A DNA stretch of 64,000 nt from Pecten maximus (Eukaryota): NCBI RefSeq assembly GCF_902652985.1, contig NC_047025.1:11718001-11782000 (forward strand). The letters run 5' to 3'. Each line of letters opens with the position of its first letter. Position 1 is the stretch's first letter. A model generated the notes under the pieces. That model was not told the origin of the DNA, made no database searches, and saw nothing but the letters and a program-made list of their open reading frames with translations. Below are positions 12,049-26,800 of the stretch, in pieces. The position numbers and the translations under genes were made by a program.

Positions 12049-15000
12049 ATATCAATTGTAATCTAATTTTTCTTATCTGTACCACTTTAATAAATTCATC
12101 AAAAGTAAACTGATTTCCCCCCTTCAAACATTTTTTTTTTCAAAAGTAAATACACTATTTGGAGGAAAATAACTTCCTAGTTATGAGATTATGATAAAAA
12201 GTCTTCTACCTCACAAGTATGTACGAAAATATTGTTTGCAATTATTGGTGTTGTTTTTGTTAATTGTAACATTTTTTAGTTATCTATAATTAATTTATAT
12301 AATTATCAATCTGAAATCCACATACTTTGAAAAGCGAAATATGTTCCGACCAATGGTGATAGCTGTTGAACACAATCGCAATGTTGCATGAATCATAGAA
12401 AATTGTTAATATATATTTGTTGATTGATTATGTTATATTTTGCAGTAATATGATTATTTGCTGTCACAAATGCTGTTAAAAGGATGTCTTTTACTGAGGG
12501 GTTGATTAATCAGCTGGATGGAACTAGGGTTTTATTATACGTAGTAACTCCTAAACTGTAAACTGAGTGTAAGTAGGTAGGTGTTGTCGGTTGCGCTAGA
12601 AAAAAATACAGGAATCCGTTTGCAGCTACAAGTATACCTAACAAAACACTATCTTCTAATCTTCAATGATTACGAGGCAAAAACAGTGGTACAGTTATGT
12701 ATTTAAGATACGGTAATATGTAAATACTTGTTGCCGTCAGCGTGTGATATCTAACAATATCCAGCATAATTGGCGATGAAGTCTACACTATCACTTACTG
12801 TTATTTAACGGATCATCATTTATATTAATTTGTCATCTCAGTCTCGGGTTCAGATTGATATTATCGCATGACAGTGGATTGTGTCCAGATATAAATAAAA
12901 ACAGACGTAGAGGTCAGCTAATGTGGTCAAGTGAACTTTACCCCATACATGGATAATAGTTCAGTAAACCATAGTTCACTCTGTCAGGGACTTCGTCATG
13001 GTGTTTGTGCGAAAGCTAACACTTACTTATGTACAGTAGAATATACAATATATTTACAGTACAAAGTATGTTTTCACATTTTGTATTTCATAGTTTTAAC
13101 CACTCTTATAAACGCAACGTCCAAGACAGCGTATTTCGGATTATGCTGGCTGTATAGAGCAGAATTGTGTCCCCAAACATTTTAGTAATGTTGTCAAAAA
13201 TATTTTTTACATGGGTGTTCAAACGCTTAATTCGCCCCGTGGCTACATATGTATATTTCGCTCTCAATATATACACACACAACACACAAACGAAACAAAA
13301 ACAAAAGCAGTTAAAAGCCTCGGGTTGTATATGTTATTTTTTTCAATTAAGACAATACGTACCGTCATATTCTGGGTTATGGTTCCGTTTCTTAGAACTC
13401 CAGACACAATAACAATCTCATATTTCATCAAACTAGAAAAATAAGACGTATTAATTTAGAACCCTTATTCTATTTTGATATATAACATTTCTTTCCGTTT
13501 CGATTGCAGTGTTTGCCCTCGATATGAAAAACACCAATGCTAAATGTCAAATAAACGAATAAGTGACAGACAGAAACATGCACGTGACACGGCATGCATT
13601 AACATTATAATTGAACAACCAATTTATCACGGGTGTCATTCTTATACCTCAATATCCTGGTCACCCATACAGACACCCGGAAGCATTGTTAGTTTACGAC
13701 TGTTTTATTATTATAGTTTTATGATTCATAAAATTTTACACGGGTAATATAGTTTGAGATTTCATTTTAGAAATAATATGAAGAGGAAACTCATGCGCAA
13801 ATGTTCTTAATTTAGGTTTTCACTAGAATTCATCATGTCGGATAAAAAAACTTATCTGGAAATCTATCAAATAGCATGATATTTGAGACTTTTATTTTTA
13901 TAACTGTTTAGGGTTATCTAAGGCGAACTAGAACTGTTAGTCATATAATTGCACAAACATTTATCTTCAATTGAATTTCACTCAGGTAAATACAACATGC
14001 TCATTTGGAAGCATGCATACCAAGGATGACATGGAAACAGGTATTAAAGTCAGTTTATAGCCCTTCTCTTCAAACGTAACAATCAGCTGATATTACATGT
14101 GCACCCGTTATATCAATAGCTTATGAAGTAATTACATTTAAAGGGATAAATAGTGAAGCGATAAGAGGTGTGTATACATTTGATGGATGAAATCGGACAT
14201 GAAAATCAAATATAAATGGGGGAGAGCAATAATAGTAAGAGTTTGTATGGAGTCATTTAATTATTTCATTATAACAGTAGGACTTCTCCGGACCAATTAT
14301 GCACTGTTGATGATTATTTGGTCGGTTTAGAGAGGATTCGGTATGGAGAAGTGATCCATTTTGACCGGTCGGGATACGCCAGGATTGGGGATGAGTATTT
14401 ATCGGATAGCGTTTTGTATCTTGGAAGCATTGTGTGAATTTGTCTCGCTGCAAAATTAACCCGCTTCGGGACCTCATGCAAATTAAATGCGAAATTCCGG
14501 CTATCTAACTATATGTGTTTTCTTATGGTAAACATGTCATGATGCATGTTGATGTACATGGTTTCATCTTGTCCGTTTTGATAAGTACAAAATGAAATAA
14601 TAATGCTCCTTTAGTCGTTTGTGTTATGTACCAATTTACCTAATACACGCGAACGCCCCAAAACAAAGATTACGACAGCAATCGCCACATGTGTTGACCT
14701 CACGGTTGGTTGGCGGTCACTTGTCATGTTCGCACAGGTCAGGCGGGTTTACAGAAGTAATTTTGGGTGTACTTTAACCATTTGTTTTTTTTATAAATAT
14801 GATACAGAAGTAATTTTGGGTATATTTTAACCATTTGTCTTTTATAACTTTGATAAAGAAGGATCGATTCCGAACAATGCCATTTTCAAGAAGTGATCGG
14901 TTTTGAGAAGGATCGGTTTCGTGAAGTTGCATTGTAATTATTTTAAATATTCTACTCGATTTTATTAACTTTTGAATAGCTATAAATATTTCAACATTTT

Positions 15001-17863
15001 AACCATACCCCAAAGATACATTCCCATTGACACAAGGGTTCATCATAGCCAGGGGGTGTGCAACTGACACTTTATTTGCCGATCAGTCCACCAAGATGGC
15101 CGCCATGGCCTCTGATTTCTCCAAAGTTAGATATTGCCCGATTTTGATGAAATTTGGTATGTAGGTTCATTATGAGCTACCGGCCACTCTCGTAACCTAA
15201 TTTTCATATTTTATCAAAATGGCCCCTTTTCCTGGCTTCTAATGGGTCAAAATTTAGATATTGTCCGATTTTGATGAAATTGGTATATAGGGATTTTGAG
15301 GGATGCCGAACACAAAAATACGACTGCCGGGGCGTTTAGGGGACTTTTGTAATGGTATCCTATTGCAATTAGTACTTGATATATTTGGCATGTACAATTT
15401 GCTAAGTCCTGTTCACTTGTGAGTCGCTTGTGCATTTCCATTATGGAGGGTGGTTAAATGAGGCAGAAGGAAAACAAGGAAACGAGGACGATATTTAGAG
15501 TGAACAACTAGACAGCTGTTTAGTTCAGGAAGACCTGAGTGAACTTTTAGAGATAAGACCGTGCAGTTTGATTCAGATTGGAAGTGGGAAGATTTAGAAA
15601 CTAAACATTGATATTATCTTCGTGCAGGTAAGTTGGCAATTTATTTCAACTTTCAATATTCAAACAGACGTGAGCATTATCTGTTTGATATTATCAATCT
15701 GACTTTTATATATTTAAGCATTAAAACTGAATTCCTTTTCGGGTAATATGAGGAAATATAAACGCAAATTGCAATACAGGAATATAACATAAACCACGTA
15801 ATTAATGCTTATATTTACATTTCCTACAGTGCCTAAGTGCATGAAAAAAAATTAATACGACAGAAAATAAAGTAAAGCCTCTGGAATTTTAAAGTAGCAT
15901 AACAGCCTATAGCGTATGCTTCTGTTCCCGAGACAGTAATTTTCACACGCTTTATCTTGGAGCTTGGACTTTAGATTACAGTCCATGGAACAGCTATCTT
16001 AAATAGCAAATAAATTTAAACCTTTACATATATTGTGCTGTTCTTGTCTAAATGTTCAGCAAAACCACAATTTCGATAATTACAGGTATCACTATCATTG
16101 ATCTATATAAATGAGATATTGTGTTTATTTCTTAATATTGAGAACACATGTTCAGTTAATTTGAAAACTGAGTGATGCAGTTGTCATCGAAAATATGTCT
16201 GCGTTGATTTGTTTGGTGAAATGATATAGAAATTGCTGTTATAAATTGCACTTTTTCAGACAATATAGAAAAAGAACTTGACATTCTCACAAACACCAAT
16301 GGCAGAGAGTTAGTTATCTAAAGCCTCTATATCTATCATGTCGGCACTTACCTTATCAATTTTTAAACAAATGTATTTATTGCAATTTCGCCAGTGAAAT
16401 ATAGAAATTTATCAAACTCATAAAACTTATATTTTCACTACAGCTATGAGCAGTGAAAAAATAAGATTTTGCAGTGAAAATATAAGTTTTTGACCAATCA
16501 GAGCTTACCTTTGTATTCACCTGAATGAGACGATTTTACCAGTCGAAGCGGAGATAGATAAATTGGTTATTTTGCTGTGTTTCTGAAATATTTTGACTAG
16601 TTTTTGACAAATTACTCACTTGACGTTAGCTTTTCATGGAAAAATTCTCCGATAACAGCAGAAAACGCTTAAATTGCGCTGATCAGTCCTTTCAAAATGG
16701 CGCCGTCAAGTTGACGTGGAATAACGTCACAAAGAGATGACGTCATTACTAATTCCCGCACTTTTTGACACTATTAATTTTCGATGTTTTCAATTTTGTT
16801 TTTAAGTATATGAAATGCAATAAAAAGAAAATCTAACATATATTACACTCGTATGACAGAATATTTCGATATTTTTCACTCGTGAAAATATCGATATTCT
16901 GACATACTCGTGAAATGTTATATCAAATGGGAAACAATTCAATATCCTCTATATATGTTTACAATATATAATAATTTCATACCCTATACAACTATTTATG
17001 AATTAAAATGTTTGCTATTACTGTGCCCTATTCGTCGAATTATAACATATATATATTTCATTTAATTTTTCACATGAAAAACCAAAAGGATAAGAAGAAA
17101 AAAATCATATATGTGTGTCTATGTGCACACTGCCATAGCTTTTCACTTGAAATCTGCTTTTTCAACGAATATTTTCACATCCTATGTAAAAGGTTGATAC
17201 TGTTTTGGAAGTAGAGAATCTTTGGGTGACATTAAACGTAATCTGAGAGAAATGGCATTGTTATTGAAAACATATCCAAGCATTTATGAATAACAATAGT
17301 TGCTCTTGCTGTGTCGTAATCGTGAAATGATAACATGTACATGTTTAATTTTACAATTGCACATTAAAATCCAAAAGGATTTAGAAAGATGGACAAAACG
17401 ATCTAAATCCTCTCAAGTGTTATATTTATATGTATTGTATGTGTGTACACTTATCAATTTTCTTTATGGTAGTGAAGTAGATATTTTTGCATAAATAGGC
17501 TGAAGTTATCTTTTCACCAGTAATAAAAATAGTGCTGATAACTGTACAACTTGGTAGTATTCACTTGTAAGTGCACTTTGACAGTTTAACAATATATGAT
17601 ACATCGTGCAATGTGCAAACGATGTGAAAGATGACATTAGCAATCTAATTATAGGGTTAAAGTCTCTGAGCACTTTCTATTGCAGGATATATAATATTTT
17701 GCACTTGTTACTTTGAATATTTCTGCTGGTTTTATTTTGTTAATGATGATTAACTAGTTTACACCAATATGGAGCCAGTATGTGAATAATTATTTGAAAA
17801 AATGAGCATATGAAATAGACGTGCCCTTTCTGTAATGAATTTTTTCATAAATCCGTTCACAGT

Positions 17864-19255
17864 ATGGCCGATATGACTTTAAGACGCATCTCGTTACTTC
17901 TGGCATGGATGGTCATTAGCTTTGGTCTAGCAGCTGGAGAAACAGATTCCAAAACGGTCGCCTCGCCTGAATCATCGAGGAATATCTCACCGTCTGTGTC
18001 TGATCTAATGAAACGCTTGGACGAAATGGAACGCCGCCATGATGATGACGTCAGTATTCTTCAAAGACGCATCGGCGCTTTGGAGAGTCAACACGCCAGC
18101 GATGTGCGACAAATGGGAACTCGCGATAACAAAATAAACAGTTTAGAAAATCAAATCAAACATCTTAACGGCCTGGTCAGTAAGCTTATTGGGAAACAAA
18201 AGTGGCCAGTGGAGAGTCTTAACAATGCGAGTGAGGATGGTCGAAAGGATGACACCTTTGACACCCACCAAGAAAGTAACAGTATGGATAGCCGAGGTAC
18301 AGACCCCGATAGCCAGAGCAGAATCGCCCGAGTGGGTAAGTAGGCTTTCTTGAAATTGTTTGATCTATTCCATTGATATTAATTTCATATATGACCAGTT
18401 AACTATATTTATAGAACAAGCTTGTTCACGGATGATTGAAGATAAAATATAGTTCGAGTATTATACACTTTATTTATGGAGAGAAATGAGATTACCCTAT
18501 ATCACGATTTACGATAATTGGTTACAACATGGTGGACATAAGATCTTATTTCGTCAGTCCATTCCCTTGTGTTATATGCAGAAAGATGTGTAAGGTTCTT
18601 ATGGAAATAATTCCTTTGTCGCCGCTCAGGTAGACTTGAACAGGACGCTGAAGATGGTGGTTAATCCTCAGCAACAAATTTTCAACTCTCTTTCTAACAT
18701 CTGCAAGCGTGTGATTCTGTTTGTCATATTTTGCCTGCGTATTATCGTTTTTGTGTTACAATTACAATTTCATTACAGTATTCTCTCACTGATTTCGGTT
18801 GACCTTTGGTCAAAAATAACTATTGTTATTCATCCATTGCAGCTACACCTGTCAATAACGGTATTGGTTTCCATGCCATTCTGGGACATGTCCTAGAAAA
18901 CCCTGGCCTTGGTCAAGCGATTCCCTTTCGTAATGTCATCACAAATATCGGTAATGCCTATAGCTCTAACACTGGGATCTTCCACTGTACCCAGACTGGG
19001 GTTTATTTTTTCAGTTTCACGTTGTCCCTATCCACAAATGAAAGGGTAGACGGACATATCAATAGGAATGGTCAAATGATATCTGCTACAACATGCGGGA
19101 ACGACTCTCACTGGAGTAGCTGCACAGGAACAGCCGTTGTTGAACTCTCCGAGGGCGACGAGGTTTGGGTAGTAATAGTCGTCAAACATCAATCATCTGT
19201 TCATCTGGAACCAGTATTTTCATTGTTTTCTGGTTTCCTACTTACCTATTCATAA
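17864..19255 (+). CDS. Secreted C1q-domain-containing protein (signal peptide + coiled coil + globular C1q), 294 aa; coding exons 17864-18335 and 18843-19255
   Basis: Exon 1 has a hydrophobic signal peptide and heptad-like LMKRLDEMERR..LENQIKHL. A phase-1 intron G|gtaagt ... ttgcag|CT joins in frame to FHAIL..IPFRNVITNIGNAYSSNTGIFHCTQTGVYFF..VVELSEGDEVWV..FSGFLL, a classical gC1q. An acceptor lies just before the ATG and AATAAA is at 19485. Confidence 0.93.
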
Positions 19256-20817
19256 TTAGAATGAACGCTGCTAAAGCGTACAGTTGTGTAATTTTGGGTC
19301 CGGTTTCATCATCATTCCCAAGCTGAAAGAAAAATGTATTTATACATCTAACACAAGGGAAAATAGCTATAGTTTCCCATTGAACAGGAAAATGCTTCCC
19401 TATGGGAACATAATTACGTTTAGTAATGGTCTGAAATTGTGGAACGTTGATGAAATCGGTTCTGTGTAACATGACCGTGTATTCAATAAAGAAAAATGAA
19501 ATACAACTCGATGTTTATTTGATGCGTATATTGTTTTCTTTTAATTGCATCAAATACAGATACAGTAACACATACAAGGAAAATATTGGTGATCTCGTGT
19601 TCTTAAACAATGCTGCACATATAACTCATTAAGGCAAACAGGAAGTACCGTGATTTCGTGTTTCATAATTCAATTTTGCTTGTAACAAACATGTTAATTG
19701 TCTCAAAATGTGTGTTATCGCCCCTTAACGTAACATAATGGCTTCGCTGTTTGTAATGTCTCTTTTGATTGACTCACACAGCGCCCATCAATTTAAGAAA
19801 ATTTTCACGGTGATTTTGTACAGTAGGTACAATGATAAAGACTTAACGTGAATAGATATTTTACGTTATATATATTAGTTTATCCTTAAATAACTTAATT
19901 AGAAACATAAATAGAATCATACTATTCTTTTAACTTCATTGTTTCGTGAAGAATTAAATGTCAACAAAATGATGAATGAACAACACAAAAAACGCGAATG
20001 AATGAATTTGTTTCCTTCCGACTTTAACTAGTGGGGTGACACCTAAAGTAGTGTCACAGAAAGAATAAAGTGTAGTTAGGGAAGATAACTCTGGTTGAGC
20101 ACGAAAGACAGATAAAAATAAATGCTGAGAATGATACAGAAATATCCGTCTTGAGTTCAGAGGTTCCATGCACGAGTCCTGGTTTACATCAAAATAATTC
20201 AATATCAATATTTCGACCAATCAGAATCCTCAGCGTGGTTCTATGGCAGGAAAATCTGTGAGGTCGAATTCGCATCTAAAATTTTACCAATTGAATTCCT
20301 CCATGTGGTTGCTATGGCAATGAATCCCATGTGGTTGAATTCGAATTCCCCTATTTACCATTTTGCATCAAAATCCAATGTCTAAACTTCGACCAATCAG
20401 AAGCCATGGCAATTATACCCATGTAATGGAATTTGCAGTTCCCTAATACCAATATATACCATATACCAATGGTAATCGAAATCAAACAATATCTAAATTT
20501 TCACCAGTCGGAGAAGTAAGTCTGTGGTGGTCATCTTGGCTGACCGATCGGAAAATAAAGGATCAGATGCAAACTCCATGACCTTGAAGAACATTTGTGT
20601 CATTTGTTTTAAGTGGGTGACTTAATAGATTATTGGTTATCTTATAACACTGGTAACCCCCAAGACCTTTATTTCCTTTCCTTTAGCTTTAATACCTTCA
20701 CTTGCTCTTATACTGACTTTAATAATTCAGCTCAATTTAAGACTTTTCGCAAAAATATAGATAAAAAACCTTTGCTGACAAAAACAGAAATAAGAACATT
20801 TATAATATTTGTATCAC

Positions 20818-23800
20818 TTAATCACATTGTAGGAAATTAGCTTTTACGTTGTGTATGCCCTTGCTTTGAATTGGACGATCATTTCCGAACATACGCAGGT
20901 AAGGGTGACCAATTTCAGCTGATTGTAAACCCATCAATACACGGTAACTCTGCAAAATATATATCAAAATACAATACAGTAACATGTTAAATTTAATGTT
21001 ATTTTAGTGTATTTGAACAATTAAAAAAGGAATAGAAACCTGCGTATGGTATCGCACGCAGATATTAGAATTAATATTACGCTTTAAAGCATTGGACTTC
21101 ATACACGTTCCATGATAAATCGTATACCCCATACTTGTAAGCGTTTTTTTTTTTTAGTTTTGTGTCTTTACTATGAAATGGATAACAAAATTATATTTTT
21201 TTCGTTTACAATCATATTTACCCGCCAGTTTATCACGAGTGGAACGTAACATTTGTATTGCCTTCAACAAGAAACTTTTTAATAAATGTATTTATTATGC
21301 AATACCAATAGATACATACCCTGTAACAAATCGTTGTCGGTGTGTTGTACACTACCCATATAACATTGGTGTTACAGGGAGGTGTTGTCTTGGATCCTTT
21401 GTATGTATAATATCTACCATCAGCCGGAAGTAAAAGACTGGGATTGACAAACGCAGGGTCTAAATATTATAAAAAAAAATGTCGTTTACATGTATATATA
21501 AATATTCTAAATCATAACATTCATATGTGTAAATTATGTTTATAACATTATTCTCTAAAAACATAGCTTCTTATTGATTATAAAATAGGCAAAATATTTA
21601 TAACATATAAAATCGTTGTACTTAGAAAGTATCAATACCGAAGCATACAGCATTGCTTCTTGGTTGTTTTTTTTTTTAAAGTTTATTCGGAATCCTTTAA
21701 TCTTGTTCATCATACTATATAACTGTAAATCACGTTGTGTTTTTATAAGCGGTGTCTAGTATTAATTCTATTAGGAGGTCTCGTGGTTCCCTTTAATTAA
21801 CTTTTATTCTGTCACCTATGTAAAAAGACACCCTTTCTCCTATTAAACCATAATGACGTATTGTGTTAATGATAACCTATTAATCTTTTTTATTTTTTTT
21901 TTTTTATTTTTTTTGAAAAGTATTGTGTTAATATGTTTCCTTTTACTTATAGTTGTATCTGAGCACTATTAGATTAAGTTGGATCTTAATCTTACTTACT
22001 CTTCACTGAAAGATATCTCCTTGTGTGTGACACGTAGTTCAATATAAGTCTATCCGCCTCTGTGTGACAGCGTCTAACTACCTATACAAATATAATGATA
22101 ACATGATATATAACGACGGCAACATCTTTATGACGACACATTGTTCTCAAACAACAATAATTAGATATACTAAAGTAACAACACACAAAAAACAGCACAA
22201 CTCAAAACTGCAATATATGCTTAAGTCGCACTAGATGGGTAAACATTTGAATAATTCAAATACACAATAACCATTCATTAATTTACGTAAAATTCGAAGT
22301 GGATTGAAATAAGACATATAATGAAGATATTTATGGAATAATTCTTGTTTTTAACGTTTACTGGTGTTGAATAACTGCATGCTTTTTACAGATGTTTAAA
22401 TGACGTTAGTGCGCCATGTTGAAATATCTGTAAAAATGCAGTTAAAACACCCGTAAACGATACAAAAAAATATTCCTTATAATAAATTTTTTTCAATACT
22501 TTCGTTAATTAAATCGGCATTCTTTCTTCGGCGTTATACTAATAGACGTAACAGACGGACAGTTAAAGGGATCGCTAGACAGCTGATACCAATTTGGCGG
22601 GAAAGGTCATCATCTACGGGAATAAACAAAACATATTTCCACAGTATCAATTTTTTTTATTAGATTCCTGTAAGATGTTTCAAACATTTCATTTTTCTAT
22701 CGTTATATTTTGTTTAAATCTACCATATTCAATTCATATATTTTTTTCAAAAAGTCAAAACAGAAACGAAAATATTCATTGCGCATTCACACAAATTGAG
22801 CAAGTGTGCACCGGTCTGGCTATGAGCATTGTATTCTTACGCGTCAGATGTTTACACACTTGTAAGATTATCAAGTTAGTAAGGAAAATAATGAAAACAC
22901 TCAGGATATGTAAATATTAAAACAAAAACCTGATCATGTGACAAGAGTTTATTATAATAATATACGGCACATGCTGATGTGTTCATGGTGTGGGTTTCTC
23001 GATTATTTCATCAATAGTAAATATATTTTGAGGATTTTTGTTGTCCTATCACAGGCGGTGTTTTAGCGAATACCGTTTAAACAAGGTTACCCGACGCCGT
23101 TTCCTGATCCAAATCAGTAGCCCGTATGCCCACTCCTAATATCAGTCGCCTGACTTACTCTCCTTAACATTGACCCAATCAAGGTGTTTATTGCTCTTTG
23201 GTGATTATTATTCCACTCGTGAACCAGGGCCTGCGTGGGTTGAGCGACATTATAAAGGTCGTTGTCGCGCTTCCTTGCTCGTCCCACCAATGCTCGATTT
23301 GGGACCAAGAACTGGAGCGTTGTTTGAAACAACCCTAGCAATATGGGGCCTCTCGTTGTCCTGCTGCAACGTTAGATTACGCTGATGGATAAGAGGAAGA
23401 ACGTGTAATCTCAAGACCTGATTCCGATATCCTATCGATTTAAGATTATCATGGATAAATACGAAAAATGTTTTCACGCTTTTATATATGTAACCCTGGT
23501 AAATACTAGCCGCAATATACCGCTCGGCTAGAGAGATCTTGTCTTTAGCTTGATCGGTTGAGCGTAAGACTAGTAAGCCAGAGGTCCCGGGTTCGATCCC
23601 TAGCGGAGGCAGTGATTTAAATTTAATTAATCCTGTGCTCTGTTACATATATCTCTGCCCAAAACATAACAGGCCCTTCCCCGAAACTATTGCTTTCCAT
23701 TACACAGGCGTCAGAATATCGCTTACCACGAGGTCAATAGACACGTTGTCGCCCATCCGAACTGCGAAGTGTCAGGCGAGACTCGCTAGTGAACAACGCG

Positions 23801-26800
23801 CGTCTCCAATGGGCCAAACGAAACCGATTACGTGTATGTGCAAGCAGACACTGAATTCGACGTTCGCGTCGCCTCTGCCAAACTGGCGGACCAACATAGG
23901 GACGCCGTGGCCTTCAATGAAACTCCTGTGAACGATTCCTAACTGTTCTTAGACACACTGGCCGACCATGAGTGCCGACACCCTGACGTACCTTCGCCGT
24001 CTGAAGTTGGTTACGGAGGTGCGAGAGACGTACAAATGTATTTCTCTATCTTGACGACGCGACGTAATGAGTGGGCGTCCGTTCTTAGGAAGGTCACCCA
24101 ATCTCCCCGTGGCTCTTAGACGCCCAACTAAACGGGATAGTGTTGTCTCTTGTACACGGTATTGCTGGGCTACGTTACGAGTGTCCCTGTAGTATCCCAG
24201 CAACGGCCCTACATCTATCGACTTCATTCAGTCGCGCCCCTTCGCTGTACAACCTCTTCGAAAAGAAATATTGTGTAACTGGTCTGTACTATCCTAAAGT
24301 TCTATCTGCAATGATTTACCGGTAAATATGGTGCAGGAGTACCCCGGATGCACGCTTATGATATGAAAACATGCAGCGTCGAGCGGGGTCAAGTTCGACT
24401 GAATTTTAATTGAAGAACATTTTCACAGTGCAGGGAGGTAGATCAGTGTGAGATTAAATTGAATCTAGACCACGTGTCTAACAGTTATATTAGAAAAACC
24501 AAACTTTTTCCCGCTAGTATATTTATGAACTATTTTTATCAAAGATAACAGGTTATATTTCAGCTCTACTTAAAAGAAGTTATACCGTCGACGGCATATA
24601 CATGTACACTACTTTTCACGACAATGCCTAAAATTACATCAATGATATAGAAATATAATCATCTTAGAAGTACCGACGAAACAGAGCAAAAAACTGAGAA
24701 GTTTTGCATTAAAAGTAATCACTCATAAGACTGGAAAGTGCATACCAACTTTTGGTGCTGTGAACTCGTTCGGAATGCAATTAATTGTTTATTCAAACTT
24801 GAGGTTTTTGTAGTAAAACCAATGTTTATGATATAATACTCACCACCATATAGATAATAGCGTATCGCCTCCGGCAGCCCATAATTTGCATAACAAAAAT
24901 GAAAATAAATATCCCGTGAGAGGACCCTTAATGCCCGATACGAACGCACCGCGCATGACCCAAAACCTCACTTCCGCAACCAAATAATTGGATGAGGAGA
25001 CGAGGGGAGGAGGGTGGGAACTCTAGTATATGGTGGTGAGTATTATATCATAAACATTGGTTTTACTACAAAAACCTCAAGTTTATTTCAATAATAGCTC
25101 ACCACCATATAGATAATAGCGAATTTGTCTTACCGTAGAGGAGTCTCCGAGGACAATGACCTCTTGAAAAGACCGCAACAAAGACATCAGTTAAAAACCC
25201 CTTAAGGGTCTGGGATATTTACAATAAAACTCTTTAAAAACAGAAACCGCAATGGAACCTCCCTAAGGATTGACTGGGGGACAAGTGACTGACTGAGCAG
25301 TGACAAGAGGACCCAGAGAATATAACCCATCTGCATGGGAGGACAGCGACCGCAGATAGAAGTCTGCAAAGGTGTTGCGGCCTCGCCAAAAGGCAGATGC
25401 CATGACCTCATCATATGAGGTTCCATTGAGAAAAGCCCAAGAGGCAGATAGAGCCCTGACTTCATGTGCCCTAACCCGAACACTGTCACGAGTCGTTGCA
25501 GTAGACCCCTCATAGGCTTTCTGAATAGTTTCACAGATCCACCTGGGAATAGTCTGAGAAGATATATCAGACTGCTTTGCCTTGATGGACAAGAACAGAC
25601 GAGGTCTAGGACCCTGCCGCCCCCCCTTAGTTTTATCAAGATAAAACTTCAAAGCCCTACAAGGACAAAGTAGCAGATCCTGATCATTGGGACCAGAGAC
25701 AGCCTTTAAGGCAGGAATCTTAATAGGATCTGGTGAAAAATTGGGAACCTGGTTTTTCGCCAAGAAGGAGGGGTCAGTGAGAAGGGTCACTAGGGAATAG
25801 TTACGTGACCACCTGAGACATGACGGAGAAGAAGAAAGAGCATGTGTTTCACTTCTCCGCCTACCTGAGGCAAGTGCAATCAGGAAAACAGTCTTCCAAG
25901 AAAGGAACTTAACAGAAGCAGAAGCCAAAGACTCATAAGGAGACCTTGTAAGAGAGTCCAAAACTAAAGCCAAGTCCCACTGGGGTGTCAAGATTCTTAC
26001 CTTAGGCTTCTCCAACGAAAAAGACCTGAGGAGATTAGAGAGAGTGGAACATGTTCCAACATCTGAACGACCCCGAAAAGAAAATACATTGGCTAAGACT
26101 GAACGATAGCCTCGAATGGTGCTAGGCGCTAGTTCCCTAACCTTAAAAAGGTAGAGGAAAAACTCCGCTATTAACTGAATAGAGGCACCGAGTGGATCAA
26201 TCTTCCTGCTGATACACCAACTGCAGAAGACTGACCATCTGGACTCATAGATGGCAGATGAGGAAGATCGAATAGATCTTGTGATGCCATCGGTAACTTC
26301 TGCAGAAAAGCCTGCCTGCAAGAGACAGACCGAGATAGCCTCCACGCGTGAAGGTGCAGGTGTTCCGGATTGGGGTGAAACTGTCTGGATTTGGGCTGGC
26401 TGAGGAGATTCCACCTGGCCGGAATGGCCAAGGGGAGATCTACCAGCAAATCCAGAAGAGCCGGAAACCAAGGCTGTCTGGGCCACAGAGGTGCTATCAG
26501 GAGAACCGAGCAATCGTGATTCCTGACCTTGTGAAGTACCCTGCCCAGGAGGTTGAATGGAGGGAAGGCATATGCCAGAAGACCCTCCCAGCTCAGGGAT
26601 AGAGCATCTACTTCCCAAGCCAAAGGATCCGGAACTGGAGACACGAACGTCTGAATCTGGAAATTCAGAGCTGTGGCAAACAGATCTACAAGAGGAGTCT
26701 CCCAAACCATGCAGATGGCCCTGAATATAGACCTGTTCAGGGTCCATTCTGTGATAACTGGACTCCGTGATCTAGATAGCGTGTCTGCTAAAACATTCAG

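Noticed and set aside
15030-20600. Composite transposon carrying the C1q gene (related repeats in inverted orientation at ~15050-15300 and ~20380-20600)
   Set aside because: The two repeats are clearly diverged, with no shared termini or TSD; independent insertions are more likely
23541-23611. Functional tRNA-Thr gene
   Set aside because: Acceptor, anticodon and T stems contain mismatches and the sequence is embedded in a TG..CA element with a TSD
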